64,000 nt of DNA from contig NC_019972.1 in NCBI RefSeq assembly GCF_000328665.1, forward strand, positions 124,001 through 188,000, read 5' to 3'. The notes beneath the pieces are model-generated. The model searched no databases, was not told where the DNA came from, and saw only the letters and a program-made list of their open reading frames with translations. Position 1 is the stretch's first letter, and each line of letters begins with the position of its first letter. Positions 9,630 to 19,277 of the stretch are shown here, in pieces. This stretch comes from Methanomethylovorans hollandica DSM 15978. GTDB lineage: Archaea; Halobacteriota; Methanosarcinia; Methanosarcinales; Methanosarcinaceae. A program made the position numbers and the translations under genes.

Positions 9630-12600
9630 TTACTTCCACTCGCATATCCCCTTATAATCACAGAAATAGCAGTTCGGCTGGACCTTCAGCTCAAAGTCCT
9701 CATCCAGTATCCCTTCAACAGCCCCTTTTACCTTTTCAAGGACCGCATCGACATTCTTAGCCTCGATATCTATAAGGGTCAGTTTAGCCACATTGGGATG
9801 CACATACAAGTGACCTGCTTTAACAGGCAGTTTTCCGTACTTTTCTTTCACTGCCAGACAATAAAGGGCGATCTGCACGTCTTCCTTAAGTTCGTTCTTT
9901 GTGTACGGTGTCTTATTCGTCTTGTAATCGATAACAATATAATCGCCGACAGGTGTCCTGTCCAGCCTGTCTATGAAACCCGTGAATGGCGATCCATTTA
10001 TGGAAAGGTCAAAACGTTCCTCTATTGCGACAGTTTCATTTGGATTTGTCTGCTCGAACTGGAACCAGAATTCTAACATCTGTTCCATTTTACTATGTTC
10101 TTGTTTTTCCTGGGTAGCCGATGGGAAGACCGAGCCATCCCAGGTATCATCAAGCATTTTCATAGCATCAGAGATTAGTGGTGTCTTACCTTGCATCTTC
10201 TGCCTTGCCATTTCCTCATAAATAGCATGCATCCCGGTACCCACCTTCAGATGTGTTTTGTGCGGAGTGGGTATATGTAAAATATTGTTGTACTTGAACT
10301 TCAGCGGACAATCAATATATTCTTTTATTTTTGATGCCGAGAATCTCATGGCAGGATCGACCAGAGCAGGTAACCTGTCATCAATAAGGTCCTGCAGTTC
10401 AGTGGGATCCTTCAAAGTGACCTGCATGAATCTATGCATATCAAAATTTGCAGGATCTCCACTTTGTTCCAGCTCCCTTAACTGCGCCAGTACAAGCAGG
10501 GATTCCAGGGCCTGCTTCAGCTGCCCTTGTCTGGCATACATGCTTACCATGGCCTCATACTCGTTCATCTTAAGCTGCAGAGGAGAATTTGCTGTAAGTC
10601 CGTATTGTCCCGTACTTGCAGTTGCATCGATCATTTCCACAAGCGTGTTCTGTGTATGATCGATATCTTCCAGGAACTGGCTTGGCTTTGAAGCATTAGA
10701 ATTTACCAGATACTTTTCAGGGAAGACCAGATACAACTTCTCTTTTGCCCGGGTCATGGCCACATAAGCAAGCCTTCTTTCTTCTTCAAGGTGCAGCACT
10801 TTCTCTTCTACACCCCGCTGTACTCCTTTTGCTAGCTTCAACGGTACAGTAAATGTTTTCTTCTGATGCTGTAATGGTAAATGCCGTGCAGCCATATCAC
10901 ATACGAAAACTGCTTTTGCTTCTTTACCTTTGGACTGATGGATGGTCATTATCTTTACAGTGTTCTCGTCTCCTGCTTCCCCATCCTCGATATCCATGTC
11001 AAAGACCAGTGCCATGTGTTCCATGACCTCTTCAAATTCTGAACCTCCACCGATCAGTTCAAGGTCTTCAACCATTCTTACAAGAGCGTTCAATACTTCG
11101 ATGTTCTTTCGGGATATTCTGGTATCTTCCTGTAATGCAGAACGATACAGGTCTGTCTTTTCTATGAGTAGATGCTTCAGGGTATCAGAAGGCACATGAT
11201 TCTTTTTATGCACTATCAGTTCCTGAATTCTGGTGATGATAGAAGATACAAGGTCCTTTTGGTCGATGTTGATATTATCGAGATGGTTCAGGAGAACTTC
11301 GTATATCCCGTCACCTATAGCATTATTATTCCGGGCAAGCTGCCTTGCCGTAATGTTGATCTTCTGCAGATTTTGCTCTTTTACTCCTTCCCTTGATAAC
11401 ACCTTTGCAAATGAAATCCCGTTATTGAAAGGGTCAGATACTATTCTCATATATGCAAGTGCTTCCTGGATGACAGGGAAATAGGTCAGCTGTAACCTTC
11501 CAACATCCTCTACTGGTATCATCTGCAGCCTCAGGGCTTCACTGAACTTTCTGCCATCATCTCTTTTGCGTGTAAGGATGTAAATGTCCCGAGGCTCAAT
11601 GCCTTCTTTTTCCACAAGCCTTTTTACTTCTCCTGCAACCCACTCAGCTTCACTTTCGTCATCAGGAGCTTTGACTACCTTTATCAGTTCACCGACACCA
11701 TTACTGGAGACAAGGTTCTTTTGTTCTCTCTCCGGATTTATCTCGATGAGCTGCTGAGAAATATCCACGATCTGTTCAGTAGATCTATAATTCACATCCA
11801 GGGTAACCTTCTCGAGAGAAGGATAGAAAGTTTTTAGCTGGCTGATATTTGAGAGATATGCACCTCTGAACCTGTAGATGCACTGGTCATCGTCTGCCAC
11901 ACAGGTAAGATTTCCCCCGTTGGCCATGAGATGAATAAGATGCAGCTGTGCATAATTAGTATCCTGGAATTCATCTACCAGGATGTGGTCATAACGGCTT
12001 CCTATTTTGTTTTTTACAAAAAGGTTGTTCTCCAGCAGATTACAGGCAAGGTGTATCATATCATCATAGTCGATGAAATTATTCTTCCATTTGTATTGCT
12101 GATAATGATAGTAGAATTTTGCAAGATCTCCGAGTTTAAGCAGTTGGTCAGTTTCATCGTCTGTAAGAGTAGCACCGGATGTAAGAGAAGTGGAAACGTA
12201 TGTTTCAAGTTCTTCAGGAGGGATAAGATGATCATGGAACTGTGAAACACCTTCCAGAAGACTTGTGATAAGGTCTGTGGGTTTGGAAGGAAGGGTAATA
12301 TGGTCAAACCCAAATAGATCAATGTTCTTTGTACCCCATACATGGGAATGTTCCTTTGAAATGAGCCTTGTCCCTCGATTGATACCCAGATCCAGTGAGA
12401 ACTCTCGAATAAGATCATTGCAGAAAGAATGGAATGTTGAGACCGTAATACCAGTGCCAACTCCAATGTCGTTTTCTATTCGGTTCTGCATTTCTCCAGC
12501 TGCTTTTTCTGAAAACGTGAGAGCAAGTATCCTGTCCGGAGATATTCCATCATTGATCAGTTTCAGTACTTTCTGTGTTATTGTTAATGTTTTCCCGGAT

Positions 12601-12677
12601 CCGGGGCCTGCAAGAATAAGCAGGGGACCAGAAGTATAAGATACTGCTTTTGATTGACCGGTATTTAGTTGAGACAT
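9630..12677 (-). CDS. UvrD/PcrA-family SF1 helicase fused to a PD-(D/E)XK (RecB/AddB-like) nuclease with a probable Fe-S cluster
   Basis: 'AGPGSGKT', 'LVDEFQD', 'IYRFRGA', 'NYRS', 'TIHQSKGKE', 'EERRLAYVAMTRA'; nuclease 'GFIDRLD…IDYKT…QIALY'; 4 Cys ('DCP…CYFC…IC'). Confidence 0.92.
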   Translation of the reverse strand: MSQLNTGQSKAVSYTSGPLLILAGPGSGKTLTITQKVLKLINDGISPDRILALTFSEKAAGEMQNRIENDIGVGTGITVSTFHSFCNDLIREFSLDLGINRGTRLISKEHSHVWGTKNIDLFGFDHITLPSKPTDLITSLLEGVSQFHDHLIPPEELETYVSTSLTSGATLTDDETDQLLKLGDLAKFYYHYQQYKWKNNFIDYDDMIHLACNLLENNLFVKNKIGSRYDHILVDEFQDTNYAQLHLIHLMANGGNLTCVADDDQCIYRFRGAYLSNISQLKTFYPSLEKVTLDVNYRSTEQIVDISQQLIEINPEREQKNLVSSNGVGELIKVVKAPDDESEAEWVAGEVKRLVEKEGIEPRDIYILTRKRDDGRKFSEALRLQMIPVEDVGRLQLTYFPVIQEALAYMRIVSDPFNNGISFAKVLSREGVKEQNLQKINITARQLARNNNAIGDGIYEVLLNHLDNINIDQKDLVSSIITRIQELIVHKKNHVPSDTLKHLLIEKTDLYRSALQEDTRISRKNIEVLNALVRMVEDLELIGGGSEFEEVMEHMALVFDMDIEDGEAGDENTVKIMTIHQSKGKEAKAVFVCDMAARHLPLQHQKKTFTVPLKLAKGVQRGVEEKVLHLEEERRLAYVAMTRAKEKLYLVFPEKYLVNSNASKPSQFLEDIDHTQNTLVEMIDATASTGQYGLTANSPLQLKMNEYEAMVSMYARQGQLKQALESLLVLAQLRELEQSGDPANFDMHRFMQVTLKDPTELQDLIDDRLPALVDPAMRFSASKIKEYIDCPLKFKYNNILHIPTPHKTHLKVGTGMHAIYEEMARQKMQGKTPLISDAMKMLDDTWDGSVFPSATQEKQEHSKMEQMLEFWFQFEQTNPNETVAIEERFDLSINGSPFTGFIDRLDRTPVGDYIVIDYKTNKTPYTKNELKEDVQIALYCLAVKEKYGKLPVKAGHLYVHPNVAKLTLIDIEAKNVDAVLEKVKGAVEGILDEDFELKVQPNCYFCDYKGICEWK

Positions 12678-12697
12678 TATTATTTCTCCTGTAAATA

Positions 12698-15225
12698 TTA
12701 TTCTAGAATTTTAATCTCACACTCATAGGTTTCCATCAGATCATCGTAGAGAATTGTATCCTCTATGTTAGCATCTATTTTTGCATCTGATTCTTTCCCA
12801 AGCTTTGACATTACGCATGATCTTGAACGCATTACTCTTGGCACACCGGGTTTGATTTCCAGAGAAGTGTTAAAAGCTTCAACAGCTTTCTCATGCTCTC
12901 CGGCGTTAAGATGTGCTATTCCTTTGTAGTACCAGCTCTTGGAATTTCCCCAGTTAAGAGAAATTGCTTTCTCAATTGATTCCATAGCTTCTTTGTGTCT
13001 TGAAAGATGAGATAGTACGAAGCCTCTCTTTGTCAGTGCTTTTACATTAGTTGGGTCTAAGTTCAGTGCTTGATCGAAATATTCCAAAGCCTCTTCACAA
13101 CGATGTTCTTTTGAAAGGATATATCCTTTGCAGAACAATGAATCAGAATGCATCGGATTAATGGATAAAGCTCTTTCAATTGAATAATTGGCTTCTTTTG
13201 GCTGATCATTTTTGAGATGGGCTGCTCCTTTCCATGACCATGCAACGTAATTTCCCTGATCCAGTAAAAGCACCTTATTGAGGAAATCTATTGATTCCTC
13301 GTATTTTTCTAAAAGGAAAAATGCATTTGCTGTATTCATTCTATATTGTGGGATATCTGGTCTCAGTACGGTAGCCTTGCTTGAATACTCTATAGACTTT
13401 TCAAGGTTGCCTGCCCTCAAATAAGCAGAGCTTAGTGCAAAAAGAGCCCTGTGGTTAAAGGGTATAATACATATTGATTTCTCTAAGCAGTTAATAGCCT
13501 CGTCGTACCTGTGAGAGTTAAAGTAGGCAATACCTTTTCCGTAAAGTGTAGTTGATGAATCTGATTCTGAACTTTTGGATTTGTCAAAGGCCTGAATAGC
13601 TTCTTCATATTGTTTGAGTTTCAGAAGTAAACATGCTTTTTCATGCCATTCCTCAGCACTTTTAGGCTGCATGTTCACTATTTGCTTTTTACCTTTAATC
13701 TGCTTTGAGCTGTATTCTTCGTCCCACTTTTTGCAGAGATCTTTACATCTGTGGTTCTCTGGTTCAAATGATAAAGCCTCTTTTATATCAAAAATAGCAT
13801 TTGGTAAACTGCCTTCTTTATAGAAGGATTCGGCCAGTCTAATAATATATCCATTATCTCGTATGGCAATATCTTACAAGCTGTGTATTGCCCCTCAGAA
13901 CCTGTTGAAGGTTCAAAGAGAACTTTAATTTCATTTCCCCATTGGACGGTATTTGTCTGAGATCTAATTCCATCATCCAAGATATCCTTATAATAGAAAT
14001 ATCGCTCAGTTCCATTAGTATCTCTTATGAACCCAAATCCTCTGTCATGTTTATATGAATAAATACTACCACATTTCAGATCAAGTTCTTTGAATACAAC
14101 TTCCGTTTCATAAGGTTGAGTTTCATTATCATGTGTCTCAATTACATATTTAGAGTGAAGCAGTTCATTCAATGCATTGGTATCAGCATCATATTCTAGA
14201 TTTGGATGTAAAGGCAAACCTTCTAGTATTGATTCCAGCAGATCGATAACGGAGAAATTATCAAAGGATTGTATCCCAAGAAGATCTTTTAGTTTCAAGG
14301 CTTTTTTATGCATTTTATTTTCTATTAGTACAAGCATCAAGGAACCAATCATCAGATCGTACTTTTCTTTATTTGACTCGTTGAAATTGTTCTCTAGAAA
14401 ACCGAAAGTTGTTGCCACCACATTTTTAAATATGTAATAATTCTCGGAATTTATGGCCGACACACAGAATTGTTTCCAGGAGATTATGTCCTCCCATGGT
14501 GAAACGACATTGAAATAGAGCCCCAGATCGTAATATACTTCTTCGTTAGTATTAGATTTAAATGCTTCACAGGCTGCATTGTATATGAATTCAGACTTTG
14601 GTTCTTTTAGAAATGCTTTTTTAAATTCGCAGGAAGCTTTTTCATGCTCGTTGACTAGTGAATAGAACATTCCTGCCTTGTAATTGAAAGCACTATGTTG
14701 AGGATATTTTTGTGCCAGTTCCAATAGTTCAGAAGCTAGGTACGATAACTGTGATAAATTGTTCTTTTTAAGTGAGGAATGATACTGGTCGTTTATCCTG
14801 TTCCATTTTCTTTTATCATCCTGTACATTGTTAGTTATAATGCCTGAAGGAAATTCCATTTTTATGTCTTTAAATCTGAGTTCATTTTCTTTTAGATCAC
14901 CCAGGATCTTACTGATATCCTGCATTAAAGAAAATTGTTCGAATAAATATTCATCTTCATTTGATTTGTTCAAGCTGTCGTTTTTTTCTATAATTACATC
15001 TGAAGTGATATTCTGGACTTCGGCAGGGGAGAAACATTCAACTTCCCACATGCCTATGATACGATGAGCTACACCATATACATGTGTTTCATTCTTTATT
15101 ATGATGTAATCGTTACCGGTAATCTTGACCGATCCCTTTATTTTATCTCCGTTTTGCAAAAGAATAGTTATCTTCTCACTGTTTTTCAGGTAATTATCCA
15201 GTTCTTTGAACATCCTAACCACCAT
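12698..15225 (-). pseudogene. Single Sm-like/TPR/cold-shock-domain/TPR protein split by a frameshift (ORFs 13783..15225 and 12698..13678)
   Basis: The frame of the 326-aa TPR ORF is open upstream to ~13870 and encodes a further TPR (LAESFYKEGSLPNAIFDIKEALSFEPEN), overlapping the end of the 480-aa ORF; CSD motif 'G.I.SY…RGFGFI…YF'. Confidence 0.7.
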
Positions 15226-15396
15226 TATATTAAGTAGTTACTAAATATAATAATTTTGCTATTTTTAATTGTTATTCTATTCTTTTTTCTGAACAGATGC
15301 ATGCCGGATCACGATCCACAGAGGTTTTATGTACATGATCCGGTAGCATCAAACTCATTTGTTTCAGAGTAGTTATATTTCGCACTACCATCCACT

Positions 15397-15431
15397 ATTC
15401 ACAGTTAGATGATTAATATCAAACTGTGAAT
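15397..15431. promoter_or_regulatory. Inverted repeat in a divergent promoter region, candidate operator
   Basis: ATTCACAGTT-N15-AACTGTGAAT, perfect 10-bp arms. Confidence 0.4.
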
Positions 15432-15559
15432 GTTTACTATGTACAGTATATGTATGATATATAACTTTTGATTTAATTCCTGAATTGTGGCTGTTATTTT
15501 TGGATTGGTTAGTCTGAACATCCATAGAAATATATAGTATCTATAATAATATTTGATCA

Positions 15560-16159
15560 ATGACAGACCATACTCTTATCACTACATTATATACTCTTGA
15601 ACCAGTACTCATCTGTGTTACAAGGCTTTCTCCATCTAAAATAATTATCTTGACAGAAGAAGACACAGCTGAAAAAAAAGCTCAGGCGGAACAGATCCTG
15701 GAGGCTACTTTTGGTAAGGTCATAGAGATTAAAAAGGCAGTTACTTCTCTTTATGATCCTGTAAGAGTTGCTCAAGATGTAGCAGCTTTGATCGAAAAGG
15801 AACATGCTCAGGGAAGAAAAGTGCAGATAAATGTTTCCGGAGGCAGGAAGCCCCAGGCTTTTGGTGCTCTATTTGGTGCCTATGCACGTAGTGACATGGT
15901 AGCACGGATAGTGTATGTTACTGAGGAAGATAATTTCATCATCGATTTCCCTGTACTTAGTTTTAATATCTCTCCAACAAAGAAGATGATTTTAGAACTT
16001 GTCCAGAATGGCACAGTTGCAGTCGAGTCTATAGCAATGAGTGTAGGCATCTCTAAAGGAATGGCTTATAATCACCTAAGGGAACTGAAATCCATGGGAT
16101 ATATCACTGACGGGGATGGATATAAGATAACTGATTCCGGTAGACTTGCTGTGATATGA
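15560..16159 (+). CDS. Csa3-like CARF plus winged-HTH transcriptional regulator
   Basis: N-terminal Rossmann-like CARF with 'INVSGGRKPQ' motif; C-terminal wHTH ('IAMSVGISKGMAYNHLRELKSMGYI…YKITDSGRLA'). Confidence 0.8.
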   Translation: MTDHTLITTLYTLEPVLICVTRLSPSKIIILTEEDTAEKKAQAEQILEATFGKVIEIKKAVTSLYDPVRVAQDVAALIEKEHAQGRKVQINVSGGRKPQAFGALFGAYARSDMVARIVYVTEEDNFIIDFPVLSFNISPTKKMILELVQNGTVAVESIAMSVGISKGMAYNHLRELKSMGYITDGDGYKITDSGRLAVI

Positions 16160-16205
16160 GGGGCCTTTTAGTTTTTGTAGGCAAAGTTCTGGAACAAAGT
16201 AAGTG

Positions 16206-16334
16206 TTGAGTCAGAGAATTTTGAAAAACTTGTTTGACACGAAGCTGCTGAATGAAATATAACTGGTAAAGATGTGGATGGCAGAGGACCGGAAGCCTGC
16301 GGAAGTGTTGCTTGAAAATAATAGGGAAAAATAG
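16206..16334 (+). pseudogene. hsdS: Relic of a type I R-M specificity subunit (HsdS) C-terminus
   Basis: Translates LSQRILKNLFDTKLLNEI*LVKMWMAEDRKPAEVLLENNREK*, resembling the HsdS tail 'LRQSILKKAFEGKL…EPAEVLLERIK'. Confidence 0.55.
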
Positions 16335-16415
16335 CGATTGAAAGGCATAATTGGAAGTAATTATCATGATGGAGATTGAAATTAGAAATTGTTATAATAC
16401 GTAGTTCACTTAAAT

Positions 16416-16458
16416 CTACATGAAAAAAAGACAGAGCGAATGTATATTCGCTCATATG
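16416..16458 (-). terminator. Palindrome plus T-tract downstream of the DNRLRE gene
   Basis: GAGCGAATGTATATTCGCTC (16434-16453) next to an A-run (T-run on the minus strand); near-identical block at 23100-23142. Confidence 0.55.
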
Positions 16459-19011
16459 TTAACGTGTTATAGTTAACTTTGGTTTCTGTGCATCATTTGA
16501 TACCTCAGAACTGTAGAACGCAATGTAATTTCCACTTTCTGTCTTTGCTTTCAGGAAGAAGCCAGTGTTCTTGTATTTACCACTTACATATTCTTTGACA
16601 AGCTGGGTTACATCAAATTCATAATATTTGTTATCAGGTGCTTTACTACCTGCAAATGTTAGTGAAGCATATGGAGTAGTACCTTGTGACACACCGTTCT
16701 TATCGAACCAATTTCCTCCTGCATTACTCCACGGAGTACCAGAAGCCCGGTTGTTCCAGGTAACATATTTGGGATCCCATTCCACTGGCCTGTAAACTTC
16801 TACTACAGTATCAGAAGTGCGGGTAGCTGCTGCAGGATAATACCAGTAAAGCGAGAGAGTTGCTTTAGATATTGTATCTGTTGTCTTGTACGCACTAAGA
16901 TCGAACAACAATACATCTCTGGAGCTACTTGTGCTTCTTCCAACATCAAGGTAGGTAGTAGTCGAAAGAACAGTAGTTGGAGAAGATTGTCTCAGTCGGT
17001 TGTCGTAAGTAGGTATATAAGAGACAGAACTTGGTGTATTACTAACAACTACTTTTAATGTATCTGTGGATTTCTGTCCTGCTGTATCTGTAACAGTTAG
17101 AGTTACAGTGTAAGTGCCTGCTATAGTATACGTTTTTGAAGTAGTCTTTGTAGTTGCATCAGCGTTTATTCCATTTGACACATCGAAATCCCATGAATAC
17201 GAAGCTATACCTTTGTCATCAGTTGAAGCACTTGCATCAAAACTTACAGCTGAACCAACCGTTGCAGTCTTGTCAGCGCCTGCATTTGCAACAGGAGCAT
17301 AATCTATAGAAGTTGAACCTGAAGATGGTGTAATGGTTAATTTAGGTCTCATTACAGCATTTGAATATTCTGAACTGTAGAATGCAATATAGTTTCCACT
17401 TTCAGTCTTTGCTTTGATGAAGAAACCAGTGTTCTTGTATTTGCCACTTACATACTCCTTTACTAACTGAGTGACATCAAACTCATGGTACTTGTTATCA
17501 GGCACAGTGCCAGCAGAGAATGTTACTGATGCATAAGGTGTAGTACCTTGAGATACTGCATTCTTATCATACCAGTTTCCACCTGCTATACTCCAAAGAG
17601 TTCCTGATGCCCTTGAGTTCCAGCTCACATATTTTGGGTCCCATTCAACAGGCCTGTATACTTCAACTACAGTATCAGAAGTATGGGTAGCACCTGCAGG
17701 GTAATACCAATATAGTGAGAGAGTTGCCTTTGATATTATATCAGTTGTCTTGTAAGCACTAAGGTCGAAAAACATCAAATCCCTGCTACACGATGTACTT
17801 TTTCCAACATCGAGGTAGGTAGTAGTGGAAAGAACACTCGTTGGAGAAGATTGTCTCAGTCGGTTGTCGTACTTAGGAATGTAAGAAACAGAAACAGCTG
17901 GACTTGTTGTATTTAATGCCTGCTTGATGACCCAGTATGCTGGTTTTTTGGTACCGTTGTCGTGAATTAGACCAAAGTAGTATTCTGTGTTAAGTTTTTC
18001 AGTAGTAGATATTTTCTTATCAAAAAGGTTGAATGGGAAAAACGCACCTAAAAACTCTTTTTTGTTATAGAATTCTATTGCTTGTCTGAACATTTCTTCC
18101 TGAGCTTCTTCGCTCATATAGTCAGACCCATAGTTAAAAACACCCTCTGTGATGATTTCAAACTTAGAGCCGGGTCCATATGTTGGAGCACCATATTCAG
18201 TGATCCATATTTTTTTGTCACTGTCCCCATTTTTCACCATTATTTCACGAACTGAATCAATAGACTTCCATCCATTCCACTCAACTTCACTATTTGGAGC
18301 TGCAGGATAGGTATATGGATGTAAAGCTATGGCATCAAAATAGCCTTTTGCTCCTGCTTCATAAAGCGAGTTTATAAAATCTACAGGAGAAATATTATTG
18401 TCCTTAGTAACTGCCATTGCCAACCCACCTGATATAACCCTAGCATTTGGGTTTCCTTCTTTAATTGCAGTGTATGATAGCTTTAACAATTCAGCATAAC
18501 TTTCTGCATTTGAGGCAGGGTACCATCCACCTTCAAGATTTGGCTCATTCCAGATTTCAAAGTATTCTATTGGTCCATAGGCAGATTCTTTATATCTTAT
18601 GGCTACTTGCTTGGCAAAGTAGGCAAAATCTTCGAACTCTTTAGGGGGAGATTGGCGATTCTCATTATAAAGGCCTTCCTGAATAGCCCATTCTGGGGGC
18701 AGATGTATTATTATAAGAGATTTGATGCCATATTTTTGAGCAGTTTTTGCTACTTTATCAGATGTCTCCCAGTTATAGATTCCACGTTCCTTTTCGACAG
18801 CTCTCCATTCAATGTCCCATCTGACCCAAGTTACTCCTAGTTGTGTTAGGTTTTGGAAATATTTATCCAGATTTTGTTGATCCAGATACGTCAAATCACC
18901 ACCTGCAGCAATTCCAACATTCGATGACAATGTACTTGCACTTGAACTTGCAGAAAGCAGTATTGCAACCAATACAGCCAAGAGAACACTTTCGATTAGT
19001 TTTAATGTCAT
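16459..19011 (-). CDS. Secreted clan GH-A glycoside hydrolase (GH5/GH39-like) with two DNRLRE domains and a PKD domain
   Basis: Signal peptide; acid/base 'EIWNEPN' and nucleophile 'IWITEYG'; 'YDNRLR…RPKLTIT' repeats; PKD 'YSWDF…GTYTVTLTVTD'. Confidence 0.85.
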   Translation of the reverse strand: MTLKLIESVLLAVLVAILLSASSSASTLSSNVGIAAGGDLTYLDQQNLDKYFQNLTQLGVTWVRWDIEWRAVEKERGIYNWETSDKVAKTAQKYGIKSLIIIHLPPEWAIQEGLYNENRQSPPKEFEDFAYFAKQVAIRYKESAYGPIEYFEIWNEPNLEGGWYPASNAESYAELLKLSYTAIKEGNPNARVISGGLAMAVTKDNNISPVDFINSLYEAGAKGYFDAIALHPYTYPAAPNSEVEWNGWKSIDSVREIMVKNGDSDKKIWITEYGAPTYGPGSKFEIITEGVFNYGSDYMSEEAQEEMFRQAIEFYNKKEFLGAFFPFNLFDKKISTTEKLNTEYYFGLIHDNGTKKPAYWVIKQALNTTSPAVSVSYIPKYDNRLRQSSPTSVLSTTTYLDVGKSTSCSRDLMFFDLSAYKTTDIISKATLSLYWYYPAGATHTSDTVVEVYRPVEWDPKYVSWNSRASGTLWSIAGGNWYDKNAVSQGTTPYASVTFSAGTVPDNKYHEFDVTQLVKEYVSGKYKNTGFFIKAKTESGNYIAFYSSEYSNAVMRPKLTITPSSGSTSIDYAPVANAGADKTATVGSAVSFDASASTDDKGIASYSWDFDVSNGINADATTKTTSKTYTIAGTYTVTLTVTDTAGQKSTDTLKVVVSNTPSSVSYIPTYDNRLRQSSPTTVLSTTTYLDVGRSTSSSRDVLLFDLSAYKTTDTISKATLSLYWYYPAAATRTSDTVVEVYRPVEWDPKYVTWNNRASGTPWSNAGGNWFDKNGVSQGTTPYASLTFAGSKAPDNKYYEFDVTQLVKEYVSGKYKNTGFFLKAKTESGNYIAFYSSEVSNDAQKPKLTITR

Positions 19012-19277
19012 GATCCACTCCTCTTATTATACCATGTAACCCATAATTATTAAATCGATGTTAATAGAAAACTGGTCTGTAGAAATCCTGCTAATTCAAA
19101 CAATAATTCATGGCAATAAAATATTGAATGTAGTTTCAATATCGATGTTTTTGACGAATTCTAGCTAAAGCTATTAATTTCAATTGTTTTCTACAAAGCC
19201 AAAAAATACCTATTTTAAAAGAACGGTGCCAAAAGTAACAGAAAAGCACCAAACTTTAAATAGGGCACACATCTACT

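Noticed and set aside
16401..16409. GTAGTTCAC, identical to the IS605 terminal motif
   Set aside because: No accompanying hairpin or further similarity; compatible with chance
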